From Ranitomeya imitator (taxonomy: Eukaryota): DNA of 64,000 bases. Every line of letters begins with the position of its first letter. Position 1 is the first letter of the stretch. Location of the stretch: the NCBI RefSeq assembly GCF_032444005.1, contig NC_091289.1, positions 90,210,001 through 90,274,000 on the forward strand, given 5' to 3'. Below the pieces are notes generated by a model that saw nothing but the letters and a program-made list of their open reading frames with translations, searched no databases and was not told the origin of the DNA. This document shows positions 13,639 through 26,442 of this stretch, one piece after another. A program made the position numbers and the translations under genes.

Positions 13639-14344
13639 TAAGGAACACAGTACCTAATGACAAATATGGTGGAGGTTCAAAGCTGTTTTGGGGTTGTTTG
13701 CTTCCTCTGTCACAGGGTGACTTGACTGTGTACCAGGCATCATGAAATCTGAAGATTGCCAAAGGATTTTGGGTAACAATGTAGTGCCCAGTGTCAGAAA
13801 GCTGGGTTTGCGTTCTAGGTCATGAGTCTTCCAGCAGGACAATGACTCAAAGCTTCTGCTTCAAAAGCACCCACAAAAGGAAGGAAGCAAAGCACTGGAG
13901 AGTGGCCTGCAATGAATCCTGATCTAAATCCCAATGAACACCTGTGGAGAGATCTTAAAATTGCTGTTGGGAGAAGGCACCTTCAAATATGATAGACCTG
14001 GAGCAGTTTGTAGTAGAAGAGTGGTCTAAAATTACACTTGAGTTGTTAGAATTTTTTATTTGTTATAGGAAGCGCTTGATTGCAGTTATTTATTACCAAG
14101 GGTGCTCAACCAAATATTAAGTTGAGGGTGTCAACAGTTTTATCCAGCCCATTTTTGATGTTTTATGTGAAATGATGTACAATTTGCCTTTTTTGTGACT
14201 TTCCAATATACATCCAAAGGAAATAAACATGTGTACAGCAAGATATGTGTAATTGCAATTATTTTCTAGAAGCACTTCATTTTCTGGAACAATTTCAAGG
14301 GTGCAAACACTTTCGGCCATGACTCTATATGAGTGCTCCAGTGA

Positions 14345-14740
14345 GGCTATGTGCACACGATGCAGATTTTGCTGCGGATCCGCAGCGTTTCCGCAGCTGC
14401 GGATCTGCAGCGTTTCCGCAGCTGTGGATCCGCAGCAGCTTCCCATGCGTTTACAGTTCAATGTAAACCTATGGGAAACAAAAAACGCTGTGCACATGCT
14501 GCGGAAAAAAAACGCGCGGAAACGCAGCGGTTTACATTCCGCAGCATGTCGCTACTTTCTGCGGATTCCGCAGTGGTTTTACAACTGCCTTTATGGTAAA
14601 CCGCTGTTGTAAAACCGCAGTGGAAAACGCAGAAAATCTGCGATAAATCCGCAGCGGTTTTCCACTGCGGATTTATCAAATCTGCTGGAATCGGCTGCGG
14701 AAAAATCCGTAGTGGACCCAGAATACGTGTGCACATACCC
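14345..14740. mobile_element. PIF/Harbinger-like MITE (GGCTATGTGCACAC family)
   Basis: TIRs GGCTATGTGCACAC / GTGTGCACATACCC, flanks TGA/TTA, internal GCGGA/TCCGC repeats. Confidence 0.7.
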
Positions 14741-14887
14741 TTAGAGAGTGCTGTGAAGTTTTTTTTTAATGGGCCAGATGGTGGGTGTGGGATTTAGGGG
14801 TGACTGAAGAGCCTGGGAATGGTCGCTCCCATTCAATCCAGCCCAGTTTTACAAGCCACAGTGAGCAGCTGGATTGGCTCAGGTGGG

Positions 14888-15580
14888 TAACATAGTAACA
14901 TAGTAACATAGTTAGTAAGGCCGAAAAAAGACATTTGTCCATCCAGTTCAGCCTATATTCCATCATAATAAATACCCAGATCTACGTCCTTCTACAGAAC
15001 CTAATAATTGTATGATACAATATTGTTCTGCTCCAGGAAGACATCCAGGCCTCTCTTGAACCCCTCGACTGAGTTCGCCATCACCACCTCCTCAGGCAAG
15101 CAATTCCAGATTCTCACTGCCCTAACAGTAAAGAATCCTCTTCTATGTTGGTGGAAAAACCTTCTCTCCTCCAGACGCAAAGAATGCCCCCTTGTGCCCG
15201 TCACCTTCCTTGGTATAAACAGATCCTCAGCGAGATATTTGTATTGTCCCCTTATATACTTATACATGGTTATTAGATCGCCCCTCAGTCGTCTTTTTTC
15301 TAGACTAAATAATCCTAATTTCGCTAATCTATCTGGGTATTGTAGTTCTCCCATCCCCTTTATTAATTTTGTTGCCCTCCTTTGTACTCTCTCTAGTTCC
15401 ATTATATCCTTCCTGAGCACCGGTGCCCAAAACTGGACACATTACTCCATGTGCGGTCTAACTAGGGATTTGTACAGAGGCAGTATAATGCTCTCATCAT
15501 GTGTATCCAGACCTCTTTTAATGCACCCCATGATCCTGTTTGCCTTGGCAGCTGCTGCCTGGCACTGGCTGCTCCAGGTA
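14888..15580 (-). mobile_element. 5'-truncated CR1 LINE (RT C-terminus, 3' UTR and tail)
   Basis: ORF 15001-15420 ELERVQRRATKLI...LFSLEKRRLRGDLI...TRGHSLRL is a CR1 signature; (TAACATAG)n tail. Confidence 0.92.
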
Positions 15581-15915
15581 ACGTGTGTGAGGGATTAGTT
15601 TTGTTGCTGACCCACTCTGAGTGAGGAGCAGAGGCTGAAATTGCCATACAGGTAGGAGACCATGTAAGCTTGCCAACTCAGAGGAGGGACTGTTTCTTTG
15701 TTTGCGTGTTACTCGTTTATTCGGAGAAAAGCTTTTTTTGTTTCGTGTGGACTTTGTTAATCTTTATGCTGGGGAGTAAACCTAAGATGGTTTTTGCGCC
15801 AGGAACCAAGTGCCTGTGTGTGTATCCAATCCGAGCAGCGGAAGTGGGAACCCCTAGTGTATATAATATATGTTAGGCTTTTGTGTACTTACAGAACTTT
15901 TACATTTTCTTGTAG

Positions 15916-16008
15916 GTTATGGAACTATATCAAATAGTAGACGAACACAATTCTACTATTGCTAAATTACAGGATGTGCTATTAAAGAGTCAAAATGAAC
16001 AGCTACAA
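15916..16008 (+). CDS. PDE4DIP: PDE4DIP/myomegalin coding exon (VMELYQIVDEHNSTIAKLQDVLLKSQNEQLQ)
   Basis: cattttcttgtag| acceptor and |gtaagt donor; 93 nt, phase 0-0. Resembles recalled human TEELYQVIEGQNDTMAKLREMLHQSQLGQLH. Confidence 0.9.
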
Positions 16009-17075
16009 GTAAGTAATGCTAAAGGACTGCCACCAAGCGTGTAACACAATCCTGACTTCCTATACTGCCAAGCATTGATCAGCAGCCATAACCTATTGAG
16101 TAAGTTCTGGGATGGTCCCTGAAATATCCTATCATAAAGCAGAGCAACTATAGTAAATCCCCTGTGGTCACCATCAGCAAACTGCAACCCACTACGTATC
16201 TTAAGTTGAAATAAAAATCACCAGCCACAAATTGATACAACAATCACCAATATATTGACTCTGACATAGCACTTTGAAAATAGGAGAACCTGAGTCTTCA
16301 TATATTAAAAGATAGCATTTATTAATAAAAAAATGAGATAAGTACTCAATACAATAAATAAAAAAATTCTATAAATATTGCGTATGTATGGATAAAAGTG
16401 TGATCCTCAAAAGTGACAAAAAATTGAAAGAAAAAAGAAAAAAACAGACAGAGATGCTTACCTGTCTAACTGGACCTCAATACAATTTGCACGTTATATT
16501 TTTATCGGGGTGCAGTTGGGCCCAAATGGTTCTGTAAACTGTGGCCTCTGTTCACACAGGATGCATTATAGTTATCACTGGGCAGCCCGCCATAGGGCGT
16601 CATTAATAGGCTGAGAACAAGATGCTCTGCAATCCTTGTGTGAACATTGCCAATCCCTGATTGATAGCTGGCTCTCATTTGGTATTATTGCACCTGTGCA
16701 GTTGCCATTTTACTTGGGTCCACTGCACCCTGTTATTGCAATTGTATTGAGGCCCAGTTAGGCAAGTAAGCATCTCTGCCTGTTTTTTCCTTTTTTTGTG
16801 GTTTTCATGACAACAAATTGAGTAGCTGCAGACCCGGATCGAAATGGTGCAGCACCAGGGATAATATCCTAGTAGGTATAAATATACAGCCACATATAGT
16901 GAGGGAAATCAAGTGAGGAAACTCTAATCAAAACATGTGGCTAAAATAGGCTGAAAGCAGCCATAAAGTAAGTTATACTGAAGTGCTGCACCAAAAACAC
17001 AGAGCTTGAAATAGATCAGGGGTCAATTACCTATAGTGATGATCTCTCCGGTCTAGTTCAGGGAGCGGCCACTCA

Positions 17076-17120
17076 CCCCGACGCGAGTTTCGCGAGCGTG
17101 ACTTTCGCTTCTTCAAGGGG
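17076..17120 (-). ncRNA. Degenerate type I hammerhead ribozyme in the old PLE left arm
   Basis: Minus strand CCCC-UUGAAGA-A-GCGA...UCGC-GAAA-CUCGCGUC-GGGG; C3 is replaced by U. Confidence 0.5.
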
Positions 17121-17512
17121 GCGTGGTCTCATTTGCATAGACGTTGGTCACAAATACATGGTCGTTCCAGTCACATGACCAAGAACTGACCAATTGCATC
17201 TTTTGCCTTCACGTATGTGCAGACGTCACTCCCAGGTCCTGTAGCACAAACTCCATGCCGCCCCAGCCAGGAGCAGCGGCCAGCGCCTACCTGCATAGCC
17301 CCCAACAGGAACAGAGCACCATGGAGAACGCACAGGAACCAGGGACATGACCAAAACACAAGCGGAAAAACAATTACAATAAAGGTAAAATAAACAAGTG
17401 TTGAAAAAGTGAACATTTGTATATATATTAAAATATAATTAATTGCGGGGACATATAAGTGACAATTTGTGAAAAAATACAATGTGCACATAAATATCAA
17501 AAATTACAAATA

Positions 17513-20500
17513 CCGTATATACTCGAGTATAAGCTGAGAATTTCAGCCCTTTTTTAGGCTTAAAGTGCCCGTCTCGGCTTATACATGAGTCATTGTCCCA
17601 GGGGCTGGCGGGGGAGCGGCAGGAGTGGTGCCTGTTACATCATACTCACCTCCTCCTGGTGCGGTCTCTGCCTGTCCCTGCTTCTCAGATGGTCTCTGGC
17701 GCTGGCCACTCTTCCTGTGTTCAGCGGTCACGTGGTACCGCTCATTAAAGTAATGAATATGGACTCGCCTCCACACCCATAGGCGTGGAGCGCATATTCA
17801 TTACTTTAATGAGCGGTGCCATGTGACTGCTGAACACAGGAACAAGCTGCCGTCTCGCGCTGGAGACCATCGGAGAAGCAGAGACCGCGTCGGGAGGAAG
17901 TGAGTATGACGGGGGAGGGTGAGCCATGCGATATTCACCTGTCCCCGTTCCACCGCCGGGCTCTGTCTTCCTTGTCCTCTGGCTGTGACGTTCAGGTCAG
18001 GGGGCGTGATGACGTGATTAGTGTGTGCCCGCTGCCTGGACAGTCACAGTCAGAGGACCCGGAAGACACAGCGGCGCTCAGTGGTGGAACGGGGACACGT
18101 GAATATCGTAAGTGCCGGGGGCCTGAGCCAGCGGCGACATCGGCACCTGGCCCCCATAGCGCGCTGGTGTCCCCACCTGCTCAGGACACCGGCATCTGGT
18201 ACCCAGCGACGAGAGGTGAGTATGTCTTTTATTTTTAATCGCAGCAGCAGCATATGGGGCATATTATTCTATGGAACATTTTATGGGGCCATCAACTTTT
18301 ATGGAGCAGCGTATGCGCAATATTATTCTATGGAGCATCTTATGGGGCCATCAACCGTTATGGAGCATTATATGTGGCATATTATTCTGTGGAGCATCTT
18401 ATGGGGCCATCAACCTTTTATGGAGCAGTATACGAGGCATATTATTCTATGGAGCATCTTATGGGGCCATCAACTTTTATGGAGCAGCATATGCGGCATA
18501 CTATTCTATGGAGCAGCTTATGGGGCCATCAACCTTTATGGAGTATTATATGTGGCATATTATTCTATGGGGCCATCAACCTTTATGGAGTATTATATGT
18601 GGCATATTATTCTATGGGGCCATCAACCTTTATGGAGCAGAATATGGGGCATATTATTCTATGGAGCATCTTATGGGGCCATCAACCTTTATGGAGCAGC
18701 ATATGCGGCATACTATTCTATTGAGCATCTTTTGGGGCCATCAATCTTTATGGAACAGCATATGGGGCATATTATTCTATGGAGCATCTTATGGGGCCAT
18801 TATTAACCTTTGTGCAGCAACCTTTATCCCTTCTCCCTTATGCCTCAAAACTACTGGAACAGCATGTCCATCTTGAACTGTCCTCCAACTTCTCCTCCTG
18901 CTCCCTCTTTGACCGGTTATAATCTGGCTTCCGACCACATCACTCAACTGAAACTGCCCTTACTAAAGTGACCAATGACCTACTAACCACCAAGAGCAAG
19001 CGACACTACTCTGTCCTCCTCATCCTGGACCTGTCTTCTGCCTTAAACACTGTGGGCCACTCCCTCCTGTTACAGAGTCTCTCATCTCTTGGCATCACAG
19101 ACTTGACCCTATCCTGGATCTCCTCATATCTAACAGACCAGACATTCAGTGTCTCCCTCTCCTACACCACCTCCTCATCTTGCCCCCTGTCTGTCGGTGT
19201 TCCCCAAGGCTCAGTTCTAGGACCCCTACTCTTCTCCATCTACACCTTCGGCCTGGGACTGCTCATAGAATCCCACGGTTTACAATATCATCTTTACGCT
19301 GATGACACGCAGATCTACCTATCTGGACCCGACCTCACTTCCTTACTGACCAAAATCCCACAATGTCTGTCTGCCATTTCATCCTTCTTTTCCGCTCGTT
19401 TTCTAAAACTGAACATGGACAAAACAGAATTCATCATCTTTCCCCCACCTCACTCTACCCCTCCACCGGACCTATCCATCAATGTCAATGGCTGCTCACT
19501 TTCCCCGGTCCCACACGCTTGGTGCCTCGGGGTGATCCTTTACTCTACCCTCTCTTTCAAGCCACATATCTAAGCCCTTGCCTCCTCTTGCCGATTCCAA
19601 CTCAAAAACATTTTTCGGATCCATGCATTCCTTGACCACGAAACCACAAAAACACTAGTACATGCCCTTATCTCCCGCCTCGACTATTGCAACCTCCTAC
19701 TCTCTGGCCTCCCCTCTAGAAGTCTGGCACCACTCCAATCCATCCTAAACTCTGCTGCCCGACTAATCCACCTGTCTCCCCATTATTCCCCAGCCTCTCC
19801 TCTCTGCCAGGCCCTTCACTGGCTTCCTATTGCCCAGAGGCTACAGTTCAAAACACTAACAATGACATACAAAAGCCATTCACAACCTGACTCCTCCATA
19901 CATCTGTGACATGGTCTCCCTGTACCTACCTACACGCAACTTTCAATCGTCTCATGATCTCCTTCTTTACTCCTCTCTTCCTCCCACAGCCGCATCCAAG
20001 ACTTCTCCCGTGCTTCCCCTATACTCTGGAACTCTGTACCCCAACACATCAGGCTCTCGCCTACCACGGAAACCTTCAAAAGGAACCTGAAGACCCACCT
20101 CTTCCGACAAACCTACAAACTGCAGTGATCCCCAGTCTACTGAACCACCGCATGACCAGCTCTACCCTCTCCTAGTGTATCCTCACCCATCCCCTGTAGA
20201 CTGTGAGCCCTCGTGGGCAGAGTCCTCTCTCCTCCTGTACTTGTGTGTGCCTTGTCGTACTCATGTTTATTGTACTTGTCTATATTTGCCCCGTTTACAT
20301 GTAAAGCGCCATGGAATAAATGGCGCTATCAAAATTTATAATAATAATAATAATAATAAATATATGGGGCATATTTTTGTATGGAGCATCTTATGGGGCC
20401 ATCAACTTTTATGGAGCAGCATATAGGGCATATTATTCTATGGAGCATCTTATGGGGCCATTATTAACCTTTGTGCAGCATTATATGGGGCATTTTTTTG

Positions 20501-20789
20501 TATGGAGCATCTTATGGGGCCATCATGAATTTTATGGAGCATTATGTGGGGCGTATTTTGTATAGAGCATCTTATGGGGCTCCTGGATATTCAAAAACAT
20601 TTACCCTACTTATGTCTCAATTACTTTTACTTTTGTTGGTTTCTATTTTTATTTTTGAAATGTATCAGTAACTGCTGCATTTCCCACCCTAGGCTTATAC
20701 TCGAGTCATTAAGTTTTCCCAGTTTTTTGTGGCAAAATTAGGGGTCTCTGCTTATACTCAGGTTGGCTTATACTCGAATATATATACGG
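17513..20789. mobile_element. Non-autonomous Tc1/mariner-type MITE (CCGTATATACTCGAG ends) with internal satellite and an L2 insertion
   Basis: TA|CCGTATATACTCGAGTATAAGC ... TACTCGAATATATATACGG|TA; TATGGAGCATCTTATGGGGCCAT satellite at 18245-18810 and 20360-20580. Confidence 0.8.
18815..20358 (+). mobile_element. 5'-truncated L2 LINE (RT, 3' stem-loop, (AAT)n tail)
   Basis: [44 protein letters not shown]; stem-loop AGCGCCAT-GGAATAA-ATGGCGCT at 20305-20327. Confidence 0.92.
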
Positions 20790-21049
20790 TATATAAGCAA
20801 TATCATACACAATAATCCATTTTACATCAATGGATAATATTGCAAAATATGAGAAGGCATACAAAAATACATCCTATATGCAAAAAATAAAAAAATAAAA
20901 TAAAGGATATATAATGAGGTGAATTAAAACAATAAAGTGAGGTGAAGTGTGAATAATAAATACATTGTTTCATTAAATTGTCCAAGGCGGAATAAATCCG
21001 AAAACAAAATTCGCTATATATCAACATACAGATGAGAGCCTGCATTCAG

Positions 21050-21680
21050 AAACATTGGAATGTCCTTAAAACTGATCCGACGTCGGCTGAATGCCTCACT
21101 GAGTATCCTCTTATGACCTCGAGACGTAGCAAAAATTTGAGGGATTTATTGATGAGCAGCCATTATGTCCCTTCTTAGATCAAAGAAGTGCTTATTTTGG
21201 CTCAATTGGACTAGTTAAAGGTTGTTTTTGCTGTGGGAACTGTATTGTTTGTAGGAATATCACTCGTTCCTCAAATTTTGAATCCGCAGACGGAATAAAA
21301 CAATTTGCTATTAAACAACATATAACATGCAAAACAACGCAGGTTATTTATTATACGAAATGTACCTGTCCAAAGATATACATCGGTCCGACTTCTAGAC
21401 GTCTTGGTACTCCTACACGCGATCATGTTCGGGACATCATGGCAGCAGAATCAGAAACTGAGATCTCGCATTTAAAAACATTGCCCCGTCATTTTCGGTT
21501 GTTTCATAATTGCAATCCCAAATTTCTTTCCATGAGGGGTATTGAGCATGTACAATGTGGGATAAGGGGGGCGATATTAAACGCCTCCTAACACAAAAAG
21601 AATGCAGGTGGATCTTTACATTGGGCACTATGGTGCCCGATTGGTTAGATGAAGCCGCTATTCATACTTCTTATAGATCA
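21050..21680 (+). pseudogene. Decayed Penelope RT-linker/GIY-YIG endonuclease fragment
   Basis: Manual translation gives WNVLKTDP..., CGNCIVC, HITCKTTQVIYYTKCTCPKIYIGPTSRRL...PRHF...ECRWIFTLGTMVP, which parallels the ORF at 57898-59433. Confidence 0.8.
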
Positions 21681-22256
21681 GATGTAGTACTACATTCAGT
21701 TTCTATATTGGTTGGGCCCTTTCTCCAAATATATTGCCTCCTGTTAGTTGGTCTCTTTTTTTATTCTTTATTATTTTTCTTGTTTTTAATTGCATTTTTT
21801 GCTATTTTTAGTTTTATCTTGGTCAGATGTGATCTGAATTTATAGTGAATTATGAAGACGCATGGTGGACATTGTCATCTTTATTTACACCAAGCGATCG
21901 TTATTCCCTTCAAGCATTTCATTCATACATCTTATGATCCAATAATCATGGACAATTTAATGAAACAATGTATTTATTATTCACACTTCACCTCACTTTA
22001 TTGTTTTAATTCACCTCATTATTTATCCTTTTTTATTTTTTTTATATATTATTTTTATTTGTTGTATATATGATGTATTTTTGTATGGTTTGTCACATTT
22101 TGCAATATTATCCATTGATGTACAATGGATTATTCTGTATGATATTGCTTACCGTATACCGTATATATTTGTAATTTTTGATATATATGTGCACATTGTA
22201 TTTTTTCACAAATTGTCACTTATATGTCCCCACAATGAATTATATTTTAATATATA

Positions 22257-23875
22257 CAGTACAGACCAAAAGTTTGGACACACCTTCTCATTTAATGATT
22301 TTTCTGTATTTTCATGACTATGAAAATTGTAAATTCACACTGAAGGCATCAAAACTATGAATTAATACATGTGGAATTACATACTTAACAAAAAAGTGTG
22401 AAACAACTGAAATTATGTCTTATATTCTAGGTTCTTCAAAGTAGCCACCTTTTGCTTTGATTACTGCTTTGCACACTCTTGGCATTCTCTCGATGAGCTT
22501 CAAGAGGTAGTCACCGAGAATGGTCTTCCAACAACCTTGAAGGAGTTCCCAGAGATGCTTAGCACTTGTTGGTCCTTTTGCCTTCACTCTGCGGTCCAGC
22601 TCACCCCAAACCATCTCGATGAGTTTCAGTTCTGGTGACTGCGGAGGCCAGGTCATCTGGCGTAGCACCCCATCACCCTCCTTCTTGGTCAAATAGCCCT
22701 TTCACAGCCTGGAGGTGTGTTTGGGGTCATTGTCCTGTTTAAAAAATAAATGATGGTCTAACTAAACACAAACCGGATGGAATAGCATGCCACTGCAAGA
22801 TGATGTGGTAGCCATGTTGGTTCAGTATGCCTTCAATTTTGAATAAATCCCCAACAGTGTCTCCAGCAAAGCACCCCCACACCATCACACCTCCTCCTCC
22901 ATGCTTCACGGTGGGAACCCGGCATGTAGAGTCCATCCGTTCACCTTTTCTGCATCGCACAAAGAGACGGTGGTTGGAACCAAAGATCTCAAATTTGGAC
23001 TCATCAGACCAAAGCACAGATTTCCACTGGTCTAATGTCCATTCCTTGTGTTCTTTAGCCCAAACAAATCTCTTCTGCTTGTTGCCTGTCCTTTGCAGTG
23101 GTTTCCTAGCAGCTATTTTACCATGAAGGCCTGCTGCACAAAGTCTCCTCTTAACAGTTGTTGTAGAGATGTGTCTGCTGCTAGAACTCTGTGTGGCATT
23201 GACCTGGTATCTAATGGGTGCTGCTGTTAACCTGCGATTTCTGAGGCTGGTGACTCGGATAAACTTATCCTCAGAAGCAGAGGTGACTCTTGGTCTTCCT
23301 TTCCGGGGCGGTCCTCATGTGAGCCAGTTTCTTTGTAGCGCTTGATGGTTTTTGCTACTGCACTTGGGGACACTTTCCCCATTTTTCGTACTGACTGACC
23401 TTCATTTCTTAAAGTAATGATGGCCACTCGTTTTTCTTTACTTAGCTACTTTTTTCTTGCCATAATACAAATTCTAACAGTCTATTCAGTAGGACTATCA
23501 GCTGTGTATCCACCAGACTTCTCCACAACACAACTGATGGTACCAACCCTATTTATAAGGCAAGAAATCCCTCTTATTAAACCTGACAGGGCACACCTGT
23601 GAAGTGAAAACCATTCCCTGTGACTACCTCTTGAAGCTCATCAAGAGAATGCCGAGAGTGTGCAAAGCAGTCATCAAAGCAAAAGGTGGCTACTTTGAAG
23701 AACCTAGAATATAAGACATGTTTCAGTTGTTTCACACTTTTTTGTTAATTATATAATTCCACATGTGTTAATTCATAGTTTTGATGCCTTCAGTGTGAAT
23801 GTACAATTACATAGTCATGAAACTACAGAAAAATCTTTAAATCAGAGGGTGTGTCCAAACTTTTGGTCTGTACTG
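22257..23875 (-). mobile_element. Full-length degenerate Tc1 element
   Basis: TA|CAGTACAGACCAAAAGTTTGGACAC ... GTGTCCAAACTTTTGGTCTGTACTG|TA with about 200-bp TIRs; DDE motifs WSDESKFE, QDND, WPPQSPELKLIEMVW. Confidence 0.92.
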
Positions 23876-24190
23876 TATATACAAATGTTCACTTTTTTCA
23901 ACACTTTTTTTATTTTACCTTTATTGTAATTGTTTTTCCGCTTGTGTTTTGGTCATGTCCCGGGTTCCTGTGCGCTTTCCATGGTGTTCTATTCCTATTG
24001 GGTGCTATGCAGCTAGGCGCCGGCCGCTGCTCCTGGGTGGGGCTTGGGCGGCATGGAATTTGTGCTACAGGACCTGGGAGTGACATCTGCGCATGCGTGA
24101 AGGCAAAAGGTGCAATTGGTCTGTTCTTGGTCATGTGACCAGAACGACCATGTATTTATGGCCGACATCTTATGCAATGGGGACCAGGTG

Positions 24191-24236
24191 CCCACTAGAG
24201 GAAGTGACAGTCACACTCGCGAAACGCGCGTCGGGG
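24191..24236 (+). ncRNA. Degenerate hammerhead remnant in the old PLE right arm
   Basis: ...CUAGAGGAAGUGA...UCGC-GAAA-CGCGCGUC-GGGG; the 3' half is recognisable and the CUGANGA box is eroded. Confidence 0.4.
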
Positions 24237-24506
24237 TGAGTGGCCGTTCCCTGGACTGGAGAGATCATTACTATGGGTAATTAACCCCTGATCTATTTCA
24301 AGCTCTGTGTTTTTGGTGCAGCACTTCAGTATAACTTACCTTATGGCTGCTTTCAGCCTATTTTAGCCGCATGTTTTGATTAGGGTTGCCTCACTTGATT
24401 TCCCTGTATATTTATACCTACTAGGATATTATCCCTGGTGCTGCACTATTTGGGTCCAGGTCTGCGGCTACTCAATTTTTTGTCACTTTTGAGGATCACA
24501 CTTTTA

Positions 24507-24913
24507 GGGTAAGTTCACACAGGGCGTTTTTGCTGCTTTTTTTTTCTGCAGCAAAACCTGATCTTCTTGGCAGGAAAGAAGATGCGTTTTTTTGCTTCGT
24601 TTATTTCTCTTTGTCCATGCTAATGTCTTTGGATTTTCAGCAGCAAAAACACAGCAAATAATGATACCTGTGTTTTTGCTGCGTTTTTTTCAACACCCAT
24701 TCAAGTCAATGGGTGAAAAACGCAGCAAAAACGCTGGAAGAAGTGACATGCTCTATATCCACAAAACGCAGCAAAGCACAAAATACTCGTCAAACAAAAA
24801 ACCAATGTGTGTGCATGAGATTTCTGAAATCTCATTGGCTTTGCTGGTACTGTAAAAAGCTGCTGAAAATTAGCATAAAAAGCACAGCAAAAAGGCCCTG
24901 TGTGAACTTACCC
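24507..24913. mobile_element. PIF/Harbinger-like MITE
   Basis: TTA|GGGTAAGTTCACAC ... GTGAACTTACCC|TTA. Confidence 0.8.
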
Positions 24914-25207
24914 TTATCCATACATATGCAATATCTATAGAATTTGTTTATTTATTGTATTGAGTACTTATCGCATATTTTTGTATTAATAAATTCTATC
25001 TTTTTATGTATGAAGACTCAGGTTCTCCTATTTTCAAAGTGCGTTTCTTAAGTATTTGATTCCTTGCTGATTTTGTAAGTTTGCCCACTGACAAAGACAT
25101 GAACAGTCTGTAATTTTAAAATTGAGAGATAGAATATCAGAAATAAAATCCAGAAAATCACATTGTATAAATTATATACATTTATTTACATTTTGCAATG
25201 AGAAATA

Positions 25208-26442
25208 CAGTATATACTCAAGTATAAGCCGAGAATTTCAGCCCATTTTTTTAGGCTGCAATTGCCCCTCTCGGCTTATACTTGAGTCATACCCAGGGGT
25301 CGGCAGGGGAGGGCGAGCGGCAGCTGTCTAATAATACTCACCTGCTCCTGGCACGGTCACTGGACATCCGTGGTTCTCCGCTGCTGCCAGCTTCTTCCTG
25401 TAGTGAGCGGTCACATGGTACCGCTCATTACAGTAATGAATATGGACCTCACTCCCATAGGGGTGGAGCTGCATATTCATTACTGTAATGAATGGTACCA
25501 TGTGACTGCTCATTACAGGAAGAAGCTGTCAGCGCCCGGAGAACCAGGGACTGCACCACGCCAGGAGTAGGCGAGTATAATGCAGTGCGCGATATTCACC
25601 TGCTCCCCGTTCCACCGATGGCCGCCGCTGCGTCTTCCCCGTTCTCTGCAGTGACGCTCAGGTCAGAGGGCGCGGTGACTCAATTAGTGTGCGTTCCGTC
25701 CTCTGCCTGAGCATCAGTGCACAGGACGGGGAAGACACAGCGGCGACCGTCAGTGGAATGTGGGACAGGTAAATATAGCAAGTGCCGGGGACCTGAGCGA
25801 CGAGAGGTGAGTATGTGTTTTTTTTTCTTTTTTTTCGCAGCAGGAGCATATGGGGCAAATGTCTGTATGGAGCATCTTATGGGGCCATGTGCAGCGTTAT
25901 ATGGGGGGCAAATATCTCTATGGAGCATCTTATGGGGCCATGTGCAGCATTATATGGGGCAAATATCTCTATGGGGCCATGTGCAGCATTATATGCGGCA
26001 AATATCTTTATGGGGCCATGTGCAGCATTACATGGGGCAAATATCTCTATGGAGCATCTTATGGGGCCATAATCAGCATTTGTGGAGCATTATATGGGGC
26101 AAATGTCTGTATGGAGCATCTTATGGGGCCATAATCAACATTTGTTCAGCATTATATGGGGCATATTTTAATATGGAGCATCTTATGGGGCCCATCATAA
26201 ACTGTGTGGAGCATTATATTGGGCTCCTGATTCAATATGGATATTCAAATACACTTAAACTACTGATTTCTCAATTAATTTTACTTTTATTGGTATCTAT
26301 TTTTATTTTTGAAATTTACCGGTAGCTGCTGCATTTTCCACCCTAGGCTTATACTCGAGTAATTAAGTCTTCCCAGTTTTTTTGTGGCAAAATTAGGGGT
26401 CTTGGCTTATACTCGGGTCGGCTTATACTCGAGTATATACGG
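25208..26442. mobile_element. Second copy of the CCGTATATACTCGAG MITE, inserted in a Tc1 5' fragment
   Basis: TA-flanked ends and the same ATGGGGCCAT satellite. The Tc1 flank continues to ATGGGCAAGACCAAAGAGCT (MGKTKEL) at about 26607. Confidence 0.8.

Larger units (their letters stand above)
8212..14325 (+). mobile_element. Degenerate Tc1 element interrupted by three insertions
   Basis: TA-flanked TIRs GAGTCTTGGCAAAAAGTGTT / AACACTTTCGGCCATGACTC. Transposase pieces at about 8900-9292 (KLSEDLRTKIVK), 12768-12805 (DETKVELF) and 13642-14100 ([25 protein letters not shown]). Confidence 0.85.
16269..25042 (+). mobile_element. Old, fragmented Penelope-like element with long inverted arms
   Basis: Left arm (16269-17512 plus 20790-21050) is the reverse complement of the right arm (about 21930-22256 plus 23876-25042). 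The core encodes a decayed GIY-YIG domain. Confidence 0.75.

Noticed and set aside
18021-18876. 150-260 aa ORFs (YGASYGAINLYGA...), also at 25717-26325
   Set aside because: Products of the ATGGGGCCAT satellite within a MITE.
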